Shown: positions 15,543 to 30,128 of the stretch, piece by piece
Numbering within the stretch: position 1 is the stretch's first letter
Layout: each line of letters starts with the position of its first letter
DNA from: Eledone cirrhosa
Taxonomy: Eukaryota
DNA length: 55,587 nucleotides
Reading direction: 5' to 3'
NCBI GenBank assembly: GCA_964016885.1
Contig: CAXHJY010000383.1
Coordinates: 1 to 55,587 of the forward strand
Notes under the pieces: model-generated
Told to the model about the DNA's origin: nothing
Database searches by the model: none
The model's input: the letters and a program-made list of their open reading frames with translations, nothing else
Position numbers and translations under genes: made by a program

Positions 15543-15572
15543 CGTTATATATATATATATATATATATACGT

Positions 15573-15624
<52 letters not shown>

Positions 15625-15627
15625 AGT

Positions 15628-15679
<52 letters not shown>

Positions 15680-15835
15680 AGTTATATATATATATACATA
15701 TATATATATACATATATATATATACGTATATATATATACGTATATATATATACGTATATATATATATATATATATATACAATTATATATATATATATACG
15801 TATATATACATATATATACATATATATATATATAC

Positions 15836-15871
<36 letters not shown>

Positions 15872-15897
15872 GTATTTATATATATATATATATATAT
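14461..15897. repeat. (TA)n array with TACG and rarer interruptions (cgata, tgcgt, caatt)
   Basis: Directly visible. Confidence 0.97.
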
Positions 15898-16093
15898 GTA
15901 GATAAATCTACCAAGAGTTTACGGTAGTGTCCAATCCGTATGAAGAACTCAATGTATTCCGGATATCATGGAAAGAAGAGATGTAATGCAAAATCACTTT
16001 CGGTGAAAGATAAACGGTATACAGAGTCAAGATAAAATATTAAACAAATAATGAATAAACAATGAGACAGTTCCTTATATTAAACAAAAAAAG

Positions 16094-16245
16094 TTCATTA
16101 TTTAACGATCGTTTCGGATATATATGTGTTAGAATTGGCATGCATATTCAACAGATCTATGTACAAAATTATACAAAATCATACAAACTATCAAGATTAA
16201 ATATACATACCAACACATATATACGCCGTCTTCAGAAATAATGAA
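16094..16245 (-). ncRNA. Type I hammerhead ribozyme (family A, A2 downstream copy)
   Basis: Same fold as the other copies. Lacks the TA dinucleotide before GAAA (reads ...atatccGAAAcgatcgtt). Confidence 0.8.
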
Positions 16246-16873
16246 GTATATTTATTGATAATAACAACAATTCAAAATTTCAGGTCCGTTTGGGAACAAA
16301 ATTGACCAATGAAAATACAAAAGGTTTAATGCAGTTCGGTGTGTGTATATACATGTAAAACCCTTACACATATTTTACAAAAATGTATGCATAACTTGTA
16401 TACGCATACTAAAAGGATGGATGCAAATACAAAATTTCAAGGTTAATGTCTCTGTAAGTTTATAATGCACAGATAAGATGCGTATAGACACACAAATATG
16501 AAATAAGTGTATAGATATATTTTCATACTCACACATATCCGTACAATCACACATACACGCGCGTATATGCATAAATATACACATAACCACGAACATACAA
16601 ACACACACACACCCCCACTCACATATATATATGTGGATATAAAATCATAAGCACATGGATATTAATTCACTCACATAAACACTGGCACACACATTTAGAT
16701 CAAGATACAGAAATTAGGTGGGAGGGGGGGGAAGAGGTCAGTATTCAACGGTCTGGGCAGACTGCCTAATATAGATGTATCTATAAACTAAGGAAATAAA
16801 AAATAATAAATAATAAATAAACATTAAAGAGGAAAGAATAGAAAAAGAAAAAAGAAAAAAGAAATATATCAAG

Positions 16874-16921
<48 letters not shown>

Positions 16922-17067
16922 CACACACACACACACATACATATATATACACATATACAAACACGTACATACATATACACACATCCACACTAAGAACATA
17001 CATACACACACATATATAAACATATACATATACACACATACATACATATACACACATACATATAAAT

Positions 17068-17120
<53 letters not shown>

Positions 17121-17414
17121 CATACACACATACATACACATATAATCACACATACTATATAGACACACATATATATACACACATACACGCACATATACAT
17201 ACACTTACATACTTATATACATACAGATATACACATACATAGCTATATATACACACAAATACATACAGACATACATACATACATACAGACAAATACTTAC
17301 GCATCTATATATCGGTATATACATACAAACACCACTACACTATCACACAACTCAGACATACAAAGAAAAAGGTATATACCTATACACACATACATATACA
17401 AATAGAAAAACATA

Positions 17415-17494
<80 letters not shown>

Positions 17495-17705
17495 CATATA
17501 CACATACACACACATACACATACATACACATACATACATGTACACACACATAGAAATATATACGCATACATACATACACACATACATATAAAGTCATACA
17601 CACACATACACCTACACGAACATACACATACACATATATAAAGATATATACACACACACACACACACATACACACACACACATATATATAAAAAATAAAT
17701 AATAA

Positions 17706-17762
<57 letters not shown>

Positions 17763-18099
17763 CATATACATACACACATACATAGACATACATGTACATA
17801 CATACACATACATAGATACATACACACACATACATACATATATATATACACACATAGACATATACATACATACACACACCACTTACATACACACATATAT
17901 ATTCATACATAGAATTAGATATATAATCATACATACATATGCACTTACATATACTCATATATACAAATACATACGCATCCATATATGCGTATATACATAG
18001 AAACACCACTACAACCTCACTCAACTCAGACATACAAATAAAAATAAAAAGGCATATGCATATACATATATACACGCATTAATAGAGATATATATACAC

Positions 18100-18130
<31 letters not shown>

Positions 18131-18382
18131 TACACACATACACTCATATATATATATACATACCCACACACACATACCACCATAAATACACATACAAACA
18201 CCCACATATACATATATATACACATATATATATATATATACACACACATAAAAAACAGACATGCACATATATATTTTTTTACACATATATATACACATAT
18301 TATATACATATACACACCCTCACATATACACACATACACATAAGTTATATTATAATAATAAATAATATATATATATATATAT

Positions 18383-18421
<39 letters not shown>

Positions 18422-18463
18422 TACACACATACGAATATAGACATATATACACACATAGACACC

Positions 18464-18498
<35 letters not shown>

Positions 18499-18694
18499 AT
18501 ATACACAGACACATATACACACTCACATATATATGTGTGTGCACACACACATATATACACATACACACATATACACATAAACACATATATGTGTATACAT
18601 GCACACACACACATATATCCACATAGATACGAAGATAGACATATAAATAGAGAGACATACATATATATACACACACACATATACATACATACAT

Positions 18695-18741
<47 letters not shown>

Positions 18742-19089
18742 CACACATACACATACACACACATATACACATGCATGTATACACATATACACATACATAC
18801 ACACACACATATATACACACACAATCTTACATTCATATTTGCATGCGCATATATGTATTTTTATATTCAGATATAAATACCCAAACATATATACACCTAC
18901 CTACATATATATTCATACATACACGCTTACAAACACAGATGATAATAGTATGGGGGAAAGGGGGGGGGGGGTTGGAGAAGGGGATTATAGTAAATATATG
19001 TTTCAAGAAACATAGAATATTATCCGTATCTGGATCCAATGTATGTTTTTACATAGTTTCAGTGTTAGGAAATACAATAAACAAGAAAT

Positions 19090-20135
19090 AAGGCAAAATT
19101 TATGCATTTCAAAATAAATAAGTATACCATTAATTATATGTTAACTAAACTAAAGATAGTTAACATATTGATTTCTAAGGTGTAAATTAGTTAGGTTTAT
19201 AATATTTGAAGCAGAATTTTGAAGTTAAATAGTAGTAGAGTATTAATTATAGTATAACTAAATTAAAGTTAATAACGTTATGGTATCAATATTAGGAAAT
19301 GAATTTAGTAATAGGGAAAAAACAAATAAAGTATTACATCGGTAGTAGAATATAAATTATAGGTTAACTAAATTAAAAATTATATATTTATTTCTATAGT
19401 ATATGTTAATTAGGTATATAATAAATAAAACAGATATTGTATTTTATCAATAGCAGAATATAATTATATGCAAATAGAAATCAAAATTAATACATATACA
19501 TATACATACACATACATATATACATATATATACACATATATATATACATATATACACATATACACACACACACACATACACATACACATATACATATACA
19601 TATTTTTTTCAAAAAATTGCATAGAATATATTAACTAGGTATATATCCAAAACACATCCCATTCTATGATTACATGACATTCTGCAATTCGTCTGTATAA
19701 GGATACTAATTTTAAGCAAATTAAATTAAATTTTTAGGTTGATTAAAATTAAAACCAAATTATAAATATATTTCTAAAATGTATATTAATTAGGTCTATA
19801 ATACTAAAAATTATTTCTCTGTCATTGGATACACGATATTATTTTGTTATATTTTATCTGTAAAAGAATTATAATAAAAGGTTTAAATAAATTAAAATTA
19901 ATCTATAAATTAAATTACTAAGTATATATTAGTAATATTTAAAGGTTTTTCCCAATTTATGATTACATAATATTTTATATTCTCATCTGTAATAAAATTT
20001 TAATTAAATTAAATTTATAGGTTAACCAACATTTAAATTAAATTAATTTCTAAAATAATGTTATTAATTAGGTTTATAATATTTAAATGTTTTTCTTAGT
20101 TTATGATTACACGATATAATTAATTCCTGTCGTTT
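19090..20135 (-). repeat. Degenerate ~110-155 bp tandem repeats derived from the ORF 3' end
   Basis: Recurring ttaattaggt(t/c/a)tataa, tatgattaca and gttaactaaattaaa motifs at about 19190, 19410, 19635, 19790, 19930 and 20070. Confidence 0.6.
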
Positions 20136-22505
20136 ATTTAATAAGATATCCTTAGATTTCATTATTTCAAATAGTTCTTGGGAACATAATCTACATTCAT
20201 TTCTATTATTTTGATAAGGGGTGGCTCTTTTGAGCACACTCCAGGTCAAATCATATTCTATATTCTTATTTTTATAACTATTGATTTTTTCTGCTAGAGA
20301 TGTTGTATTAGCCAGTGCGGCATTTTTAAAACTATGCTTGTGGGTATTAAACCTTGTCTTAAAATTGTTAGAGGTAGCTCCTATATATGAGCAAATAGAA
20401 TCTTTAGTTTTAACATTACATTTATAGACTATGTTGTTAACAAGACAATTCCCTTTTAATGGGCAGTTTGCTTTGTTTCTACAGTTACATCCTTTCGTTA
20501 ATTCTGTATATGAGGAGATATTATGGTTAATTTGATGTACTGGTGGTATACTTATGGTTTTCTTACATTTATATGCATTATAGGCACTTATATTTTGTTT
20601 TATGTTATTTGTTGTAGAGTATGAGAATTTAACTGTAGACCTATTTAAGATTTGATGGTATTTGTGGTTTGGCGGGAAGTTTTTCTCTAGGATATAAAAA
20701 ATTTTTTTAGCAATATTATCCTTAATTTGTAAATTAAATGGAGCATTATACCAAGTAACCCGTCTATTACGGTTTCTATGTTGTTTATTATTTTTATTAT
20801 TTTTATAGGTTGTATCGTGATTTTTACTAGGAGGATTAATGTTAATGATCTCACCACAACCATTTTTAGTTATATTTGTAGATTTAGGTGTTTTATCCTT
20901 TTTATTAGGAGTTTTATTATTAATATTTATTAGAGTTGTATGATGAGTAGTTTTTTGAGAGTTACTATACTTTATATTAGAAGATTTGGTATTTTGGGGT
21001 ATAGTGTGGGTGGCATTTAGGTGTGTACTTTTCATTTGGTGTTTGTTGGTAATATTAGGTTGTATGCTTTCAGTATTTTTAGTAGAAGGTATATATTCTA
21101 ATCTATTTTTGTGGCCACTTCTATCTAGAGCTTCGTTATAGAAGGTCGCATTTTTATCAAATACATCTTGGTTAGAAGAAAGGTTAGAAATTCTAAGTGA
21201 AATATTATATGCAAGGTTTTTAAGGATAGATTTAGGGTGATTAGATTGTGAGTGTATGTAATGTAAGTTTTGGTTAGGTTTATGGTAAGGTTGGTAGATA
21301 CCCGTAGCTAAATCTAAAGTTATATCTAGGAAATTTACTACTTTACTTGTTTTTTCAAAAGTAATATTAAGATTATAATAGTCTTTAAGGAAAGTTCTAA
21401 TATGTTTTTTGTTTTTTTCAATTTCTGAAAGGCTAAGGTTGTTAGAAAGAAGAAGACAGTCATCACGATATAAACCACCTTTGAGGTGGGGAAAAGAGGC
21501 ATTTATGTTGAAAAGGAGAAAGAGGCCCACAAGATCAGTAATTTGGGCGGAATCGCTTGAACCCATAGTAATATCAAATAGATTACTATATGTGTTTCTG
21601 GTCCAGTATTCATTCTGAAATTCAATAAGTGTTAGTCTAGCATGTGTAATAATATCAATGTCATCCAAAGTTAAGTTAGATCTATTTTTAGCAAATGTCA
21701 ATGCTTTGTTCAGGAGTATAGGTGATATAGAAGAATAGTAATTATCTATATCAAATTGTAGAAATGAAGCAGAAGATTTACATCTAATATTTTTAAACCA
21801 GTTAATTACCTGGGAGGTGTTTTCCCAGAGTGGTAAAATAACGTGTTTTCTTATTTGTGGGATGACTCTATCTAAAATTTTTTTGCTAATTATTCCAATA
21901 TCTGATTTGGAGGGACATATAAGTCTAATAGAAGGATTTGAGTTAAAGTTTGATTTATGATCCTTCAGGTTGAAGTGTGGTCTTTTCAATGCCAAAGGTT
22001 CAGTTCTATCTTCAATGTTTAGTTTTTTTACTATGTTGTGTGTTTTGTTGTTGATGTTGGTGAGTGACGCATTATTAGATTTTTTATAATTTTTTCTGAG
22101 TTCTTTATATATGAACTCGTTATAATGTTCAATATCCATATGATACAAGTTACCAGTTTTGTCCGAGTGGACATGGATTTTTTTAGACTTTTTTAGGTCC
22201 AATAGGGTAGAATCAAGGTCCTTTTGAAAGACGGATTTATACTTTTTAAATTTGAGGTGTTTAATTAAATTAAAAAGGTCTTTCTCGAAGTCTTCAAGTA
22301 AAAAGTTGTGTGGTGGATTCTTGTAAGTATTGAAATCATACATATATTTCCGATCTGCTTGTTTAGATTTTCTATCGAAGTGGTAGGCTCTCCATCTAAC
22401 CCTTCTGATAAAATTATTAGTTTTCTGAATCATAAGGAGTAAGAAGTCATCCTTAGAAGGTATTGGTATGTTTTTTAAGGAGGTTCCTAAATATTGTTTT
22501 TCCAT
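20064..22505 (-). CDS. Intact PLE polyprotein (813 aa from ATG): reverse transcriptase, CxCx5C linker, GIY-YIG endonuclease; Hydra-clade-like
   Basis: N-terminal TSLKNIPIP. RT motifs [74 protein letters not shown]...[20 protein letters not shown]. No stops or frameshifts. Confidence 0.95.
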   Translation of the reverse strand: MEKQYLGTSLKNIPIPSKDDFLLLMIQKTNNFIRRVRWRAYHFDRKSKQADRKYMYDFNTYKNPPHNFLLEDFEKDLFNLIKHLKFKKYKSVFQKDLDSTLLDLKKSKKIHVHSDKTGNLYHMDIEHYNEFIYKELRKNYKKSNNASLTNINNKTHNIVKKLNIEDRTEPLALKRPHFNLKDHKSNFNSNPSIRLICPSKSDIGIISKKILDRVIPQIRKHVILPLWENTSQVINWFKNIRCKSSASFLQFDIDNYYSSISPILLNKALTFAKNRSNLTLDDIDIITHARLTLIEFQNEYWTRNTYSNLFDITMGSSDSAQITDLVGLFLLFNINASFPHLKGGLYRDDCLLLSNNLSLSEIEKNKKHIRTFLKDYYNLNITFEKTSKVVNFLDITLDLATGIYQPYHKPNQNLHYIHSQSNHPKSILKNLAYNISLRISNLSSNQDVFDKNATFYNEALDRSGHKNRLEYIPSTKNTESIQPNITNKHQMKSTHLNATHTIPQNTKSSNIKYSNSQKTTHHTTLININNKTPNKKDKTPKSTNITKNGCGEIININPPSKNHDTTYKNNKNNKQHRNRNRRVTWYNAPFNLQIKDNIAKKIFYILEKNFPPNHKYHQILNRSTVKFSYSTTNNIKQNISAYNAYKCKKTISIPPVHQINHNISSYTELTKGCNCRNKANCPLKGNCLVNNIVYKCNVKTKDSICSYIGATSNNFKTRFNTHKHSFKNAALANTTSLAEKINSYKNKNIEYDLTWSVLKRATPYQNNRNECRLCSQELFEIMKSKDILLNKRQELIISCNHKLRKTFKYYKPN

Positions 22506-22856
22506 TGTGATATGGATGATGGACAATTGAAAGAGCTCAACTAAATGTATATGGGTTTATAAAATCATACATATATATATGTATATACATAAATATAAAA
22601 TTAATACACGCATACAGTACAATAATACGAATATTTCCGTGAAAATAGGAGCAAAATTATGTAGATAAATCTACCAAGAGTTTACGGTAGTGTCCAATCC
22701 GTATGAAGAACTCAATGTATTCCGGATATCATGGAAAGAAGAGATGTAATGAAAAATCACTTTCGGTGAAAGATAAACGGTATACAGAGTCAAGATAAAA
22801 TATTAAACAAATAATGAATAAACAATGAGACAGTTCCTTATATTAAACAAAAAAAG

Positions 22857-23010
22857 TTCATTATTTAACGATCGTTTCTAGGATATATATGTGTTAGAAT
22901 TGGCATGCATATTCAACAGATCTATGTACAAAATTATACAAAATCATACAAACTATCAAGATTAAATATACATACCAACACATATATACGCCGTCTTCAG
23001 AAATAATGAA
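22857..23010 (-). ncRNA. Type I hammerhead ribozyme (family A, upstream of the intact ORF)
   Basis: Same fold. 6763 nt from the downstream HHR. Confidence 0.8.
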
Positions 23011-23639
23011 GTATATTTATTGATAATAACAACAATTCAAAATTTCAGGTCCGTTTGGGAACAAAATTGACCAATGAAAATACAAAAGGTTTAATGCAGT
23101 TCGGTGTGTGTATATACATGTAAAACCCTTACACATATTTTACAAAAATGTATGCATAACTTGTATACGCATACTAAAAGGATGGATGCAAATACAAAAT
23201 TTCAAGGTTAATGTCTCTGTAAGTTTATAATGCACAGATAAGATGCGTATAGACACACAAATATGAAATAAGTGTATAGATATATTTTCATACTCACACA
23301 TATCCGTACAATCACACATACACGCGCGTATATGCATAAATATACACATAACCACGAACATACAAACACACACACACCCCCACTCACATATATATATGTG
23401 GATATAAAATCATAAGCACATGGATATTAATTCACTCACATAAACACTGGCACACACATTTAGATCAAGATACAGAAATTAGGTGGGAGGGGGGGGGAAG
23501 AGGTCAGTATTCAACGGTCTGGGCAGACTGCCTAATATAGATGTATCTATAAACTAAGAAAATAAAAAATAATAAATAATAAATAAACATTAAAGAGGAA
23601 AGAATAGAAAAAGAAAAAAGAAAAAAGAAATATATCAAG

Positions 23640-23701
<62 letters not shown>

Positions 23702-23847
23702 CACACACACACACACATACATATATATACACATATACAAACACGTACATACATATACACACATCCACACTAAGAACATACATACACACACATATATAAA
23801 CATATACATATACACACATACATACATATACACACATACATATAAAT

Positions 23848-23908
<61 letters not shown>

Positions 23909-24202
23909 CATACACACATACATACACATATAATCACACATACTATATAGACACACATATATATACACACATACACGCACATATACATACACTTACATAC
24001 TTATATACATACAGATATACACATACATAGCTATATATACACACAAATACATACAGACATACATACATACATACAGACAAATACTTACGCATCTATATAT
24101 CGGTATATACATACAAACACCACTACACTATCACACAACTCAGACATACAAAGAAAAAGGTATATACCTATACACACATACATATACAAATAGAAAAACA
24201 TA

Positions 24203-24276
<74 letters not shown>

Positions 24277-24489
24277 CATATACACATACACACACATACA
24301 CATACATACACATACATACATGTACACACACATAGAAATATATACGCATACATACATACACACATACATATAAAGTCATACACACACATACACCTACACG
24401 AACATACACATACACATATATAAAGATATATATACACACACACACACACACATACACACACACACATATATATAAAAAATAAATAATAA

Positions 24490-24558
<69 letters not shown>

Positions 24559-24891
24559 CATATACATACACACATACATAGACATACATGTACATACATA
24601 CACATACATAGATACATACACACACATACATACATATATATATACACACATAGACATATACATACATACACACACCACTTACATACACACATATATATTC
24701 ATACATAGAATTAGATATATAATCATACATACATATGCACTTACATATACTCATATATACAAATACATACGCATCCATATATGCGTATATACATAGAAAC
24801 ACCACTACAACCTCACTCAACTCAGACATACAAATAAAAATAAAAAGGCATATGCATATACATATATACACGCATTAATAGAGATATATAT

Positions 24892-24930
<39 letters not shown>

Positions 24931-25174
24931 CACACATACACTCATATATATATATACATACCCACACACACATACCACCATAAATACACATACAAACACC
25001 CACATATACATATATATACACACATATATATACACACACATAAAAAACAGACATGCACATATATATTTTTTTACACATATATATACACATATTATATACA
25101 TATACACACCCTCACATATACACACATACACATAAGTTATATTATAATAATAAATAATATATATATATATATAT

Positions 25175-25215
<41 letters not shown>

Positions 25216-25257
25216 TACACACATACGAATATAGACATATATACACACATAGACACC

Positions 25258-25290
<33 letters not shown>

Positions 25291-25486
25291 ATATACACAG
25301 ACACATATACACACTCACATATATATGTGTGTGCACACACACATATATACACATACACACATATACACATAAACACATATATGTGTATACATGCACACAC
25401 ACACATATATCCACATAGATACGAAGATAGACATATAAATAGAGAGACATACATATATATACACACACCCATATACATACATACAT

Positions 25487-25563
<77 letters not shown>

Positions 25564-26900
25564 CACATACACACATACACATACACACACATATACTCAT
25601 GCATATATACACATATACACATACATACACACACACATATATACACACACAATCTTACATTCATATTTGCATGCGCATATATGTATTTTTATATTCAGAT
25701 ATAAATACCCAAACATATATACACCTACCTACATATATATTCATACATACACGCTTACAAACACAGATGATAATAGTATGGGGGAAAGGGGGGGGGGGGT
25801 TGGAGAAGGGGATTATAGTAAATATATGTTTCAAGAAACATAGAATATTATCCGTATCTGGATCCAATGTATGTTTTTACATAGTTTCAGTGTTAGGAAA
25901 TACAATAAACAAGAAATAAGGCAAAATTTATGCATTTCAAAATAAATAAGTATACCATTAATTATATGTTAACTAAACTAAAGATAGTTAACATATTGAT
26001 TTCTAAGGTGTAAATTAGTTGGGTTTATAATATTTGAAGCAGAATTTTGAAGTTAAATAGTAGTAGAGTATTAATTATAGTATAACTAAATTAAAGTTAA
26101 TAACGTTATGGTATCAATATTAGGAAATGAATTTAGTAATAGGGAAAAAAACAAATAAAGTATTACATCGGTAGTAGAATATAAATTATAGGTTAACTAA
26201 ATTAAAAATTATATATTTATTTCTATAGTATATGTTAATTAGGTATATAATAAATAAAACAGATATTGTATTTTATCAATAGCAGAATATAATTATATGC
26301 AAATAGAAATCAAAATTAATACATATACATATACATATACATACACATACATATATACATATATATACACATATATATATACATATATACACATATACAC
26401 ACACACACACACATACACATACACATATACATATACATATTTTTTTCAAAAAATTGCATAGAATATATTAACTAGGTATATATCCAAAACACATCCCATT
26501 CTATGATAACATGACATTCTGCAATTCGTTTGTATAAAGATACTAATTTTAAGCAAATTAAATTAAATTTTTAGGTTGATTAAAATTAAAACCAAATTAT
26601 AAATATATTTCTAAAATGTATATTAATTAGGTCTATAATACTAAAAATTATTTCTCTGTCATTGGATACACGATATTATTTTGTTATATTTTATCTGTAA
26701 AAGAATTATAATAAAAGGTTTAAATAAATTAAAATGAATCTATAAATTAAATTACTAAGTATATATTAGTAATATTTAAAGGTTTTTCCCAATTTATGAT
26801 TACATAATATTTTATATTCTCATCTGTAATAAAATTTTGATTAAATTAAATTTATAGGTTAACCAACATTTAAATTAAATTAATTTCTAAAATAATGTTA

Positions 26901-28647
26901 TTAATTAGGTTTATAATATTTAAATGTTTTTTTTAGTTTATGATTACACGATATAATTAATTCCTGTCGTTTATTTAATAAGATATCCTTAGATTTCATT
27001 ATTTCAAATAGTTCTTGGGAACATAATCTACATTCATTTCTATTATTTTGATAAGGGGTGGCTCTTTTGAGCACACTCCAGGTCAAATCATATTCTATAT
27101 TCTTATTTTTATAACTATTGATTTTTTCTGCTAGAGATGTTGTATTAGCCAGTGCGGCATTTTTAAAACTATGCTTGTGGGTATTAAACCTTGTCTTAAA
27201 ATTGTTAGAGGTAGCTCCTATATATGAGCAAATAGAATCTTTAGTTTTAACATTACATTTATAGACTATGTTGTTAACAAGACAATTCCCTTTTAATGGG
27301 CAGTTTGCTTTGTTTCTACAGTTACATCCTTTCGTTAATTCTGTATTTGAGGAGATATTATGGTTAATTTGATGTACTGGTGGTATACTTATGGTTTTCT
27401 TACATTTATATGCATTATAGGCACTTATATTTTGTTTTATGTTATTTGTTGTAGAGTATGAGAATTTAACTGTAGACCTATTTAAGATTTGATGGTATTT
27501 GTGGTTTGGCGGGAAGTTTTTCTCTAGGATATAAAAAAATTTTTTAGCAATATTATCCTTAATTTGTAAATTAAATGGAGCATTATACCAAGTAACCCGT
27601 CTATTACTGTTTCTATGTTGTTTATTATTTTTATTATTTTTATAGGTTGTATCGTGATTTTTACTAGGAGGATTAATGTTAATGATCTCACCACAACCAT
27701 TTTTAGTTATATTTGTAGATTTAGGTGTTTTATCCTTTTTATTAGGAGTTTTATTATTAATATTTATTAGAGTTGTATGATGAGTAGTTTTTTGAGAGTT
27801 ACTATACTTTATATTAGAAGATTTGGTATTTTGGGGTATAGTGTGGGTGGCATTTAGGTGTGTACTTTTCATTTGGTGTTTGTTGGTAATATTAGGTTGT
27901 ATGCTTTCAGTATTTTTAGTAGAAGGTATATATTCTAATCTATTTTTGTGGCCACTTCTATCTAGAGCTTCGTTATAGAAGGTCGCATTTTTATCAAATA
28001 CATCTTGGTTAGAAGAAAGGTTAGAAATTCTAAGTGATATATTATATGCAAGGTTTTTAAGGATAGATTTAGGGTGATTAGATTGTGAGTGTATGTAATG
28101 TAAGTTTTGGTTAGGTTTATGGTAAGGTTGGTAGATACCCGTAGCTAAATCTAAAGTTATATCTAGGAAATTTACTACTTTACTTGTTTTTTCAAAAGTA
28201 ATATTAAGATTATAATAGTCTTTAAGGAAAGTTCTAATATGTTTTTTGTTTTTTTCAATTTCTGAAAGGCTAAGGTTGTTAGAAAGAAGAAGACAGTCAT
28301 CACGATATAAACCACCTTTGAGGTGGGGAAAAGAGGCATTTATGTTGAAAAGGAGAAAGAGGCCCACAAGATCAGTAATTTGGGCGGAATCGCTTGAACC
28401 CATAGTAATATCAAATAGATTACTATATGTGTTTCTGGTCCAGTATTCATTCTGAAATTCAATAAGTGTTAGTCTAGCATGTGTAATAATATCAATGTCA
28501 TCCAAAGTTAAGTTAGATCTATTTTTAGCAAATGTCAATGCTTTGTTCAGGAGTATAGGTGATATAGAAGAATAGTAATTATCTATATCAAATTGTAGAA
28601 ATGAAGCAGAAGATTTACATCTAATATTTTTAAACCAGTTAATTACC
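26901..28647 (-). pseudogene. 5'-truncated family A ORF (RT core plus GIY-YIG)
   Basis: Begins at VINWFKN. Only a few amino-acid differences from the intact ORF. The tracked Met is created by the inversion junction. Confidence 0.9.
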
Positions 28648-28648
28648 A

Positions 28649-29023
28649 TTTAGTATGCGTATACAAGTTATGCATACATTTTTGTAAAATATGTGTAAGG
28701 GTTTTACATGTATATACACACACCGAACTGCATTAAACCTTTTGTATTTTCATTGGTCAATTTTGTTCCCAAACGGACCTGAAATTTTGAATTGTTGTTA
28801 TTATCAATAAATATACTTCATTATTTCTGAAGACGGCGTATATATGTGTTGGTATGTATATTTAATCTTGATAGTTTGTATGATTTTGTATAATTTTGTA
28901 CATAGATCTGTTGAATATGCATGCCAATTCTAACACATATATATCCTAGAAACGATCGTTAAATAATGAACTTTTTTTGTTTAATATAAGGAACTGTCTC
29001 ATTGTTTATTCATTATTTGTTTA

Positions 29024-29031
<8 letters not shown>
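28649..29031 (+). mobile_element. Inverted arm of the A2 composite, ending at the short terminus ...taatatttta
   Basis: Reverse complement of about 22795-23178. Confidence 0.9.
28817..28970 (+). ncRNA. Type I hammerhead ribozyme (family A)
   Basis: ttcattattt-CTGAAGA...GAAA-CGATCG-TT-aaataatgaa. Confidence 0.8.
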
Positions 29032-29928
<897 letters not shown>

Positions 29929-29973
29929 TAAACAAATAATGAATAAACAATTCCTTATATTAAACAAAAAAAG

Positions 29974-30128
29974 TTCATTATTTAACGATCGTTTCTAGGA
30001 TATATATGTGTTATAATTGGTATGCATATTCAACAGATCTATGTACAAAATTATACAAAATTATACAAATTATCAAGATTAAATATACATACCAAACACA
30101 TATATACGCCGTCTTCAGAAATAATGAA
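29974..30128 (-). ncRNA. Type I hammerhead ribozyme (family A)
   Basis: Same fold as the other copies. Confidence 0.78.

Larger units (their letters stand above)
15898..22660 (-). mobile_element. Family A PLE, complete 6763-bp unit (A2)
   Basis: Terminus at 15898, about 4.2 kb of 3' UTR, intact ORF, 155-bp leader, then an exact junction to the next copy's terminus at 22661. Confidence 0.95.
22661..28647 (-). mobile_element. Upstream tandem, 5'-truncated family A copy (extended pseudo-LTR of A2)
   Basis: Near-identical direct repeat of 15898-21810, including the microsatellite-rich UTR. Confidence 0.95.
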
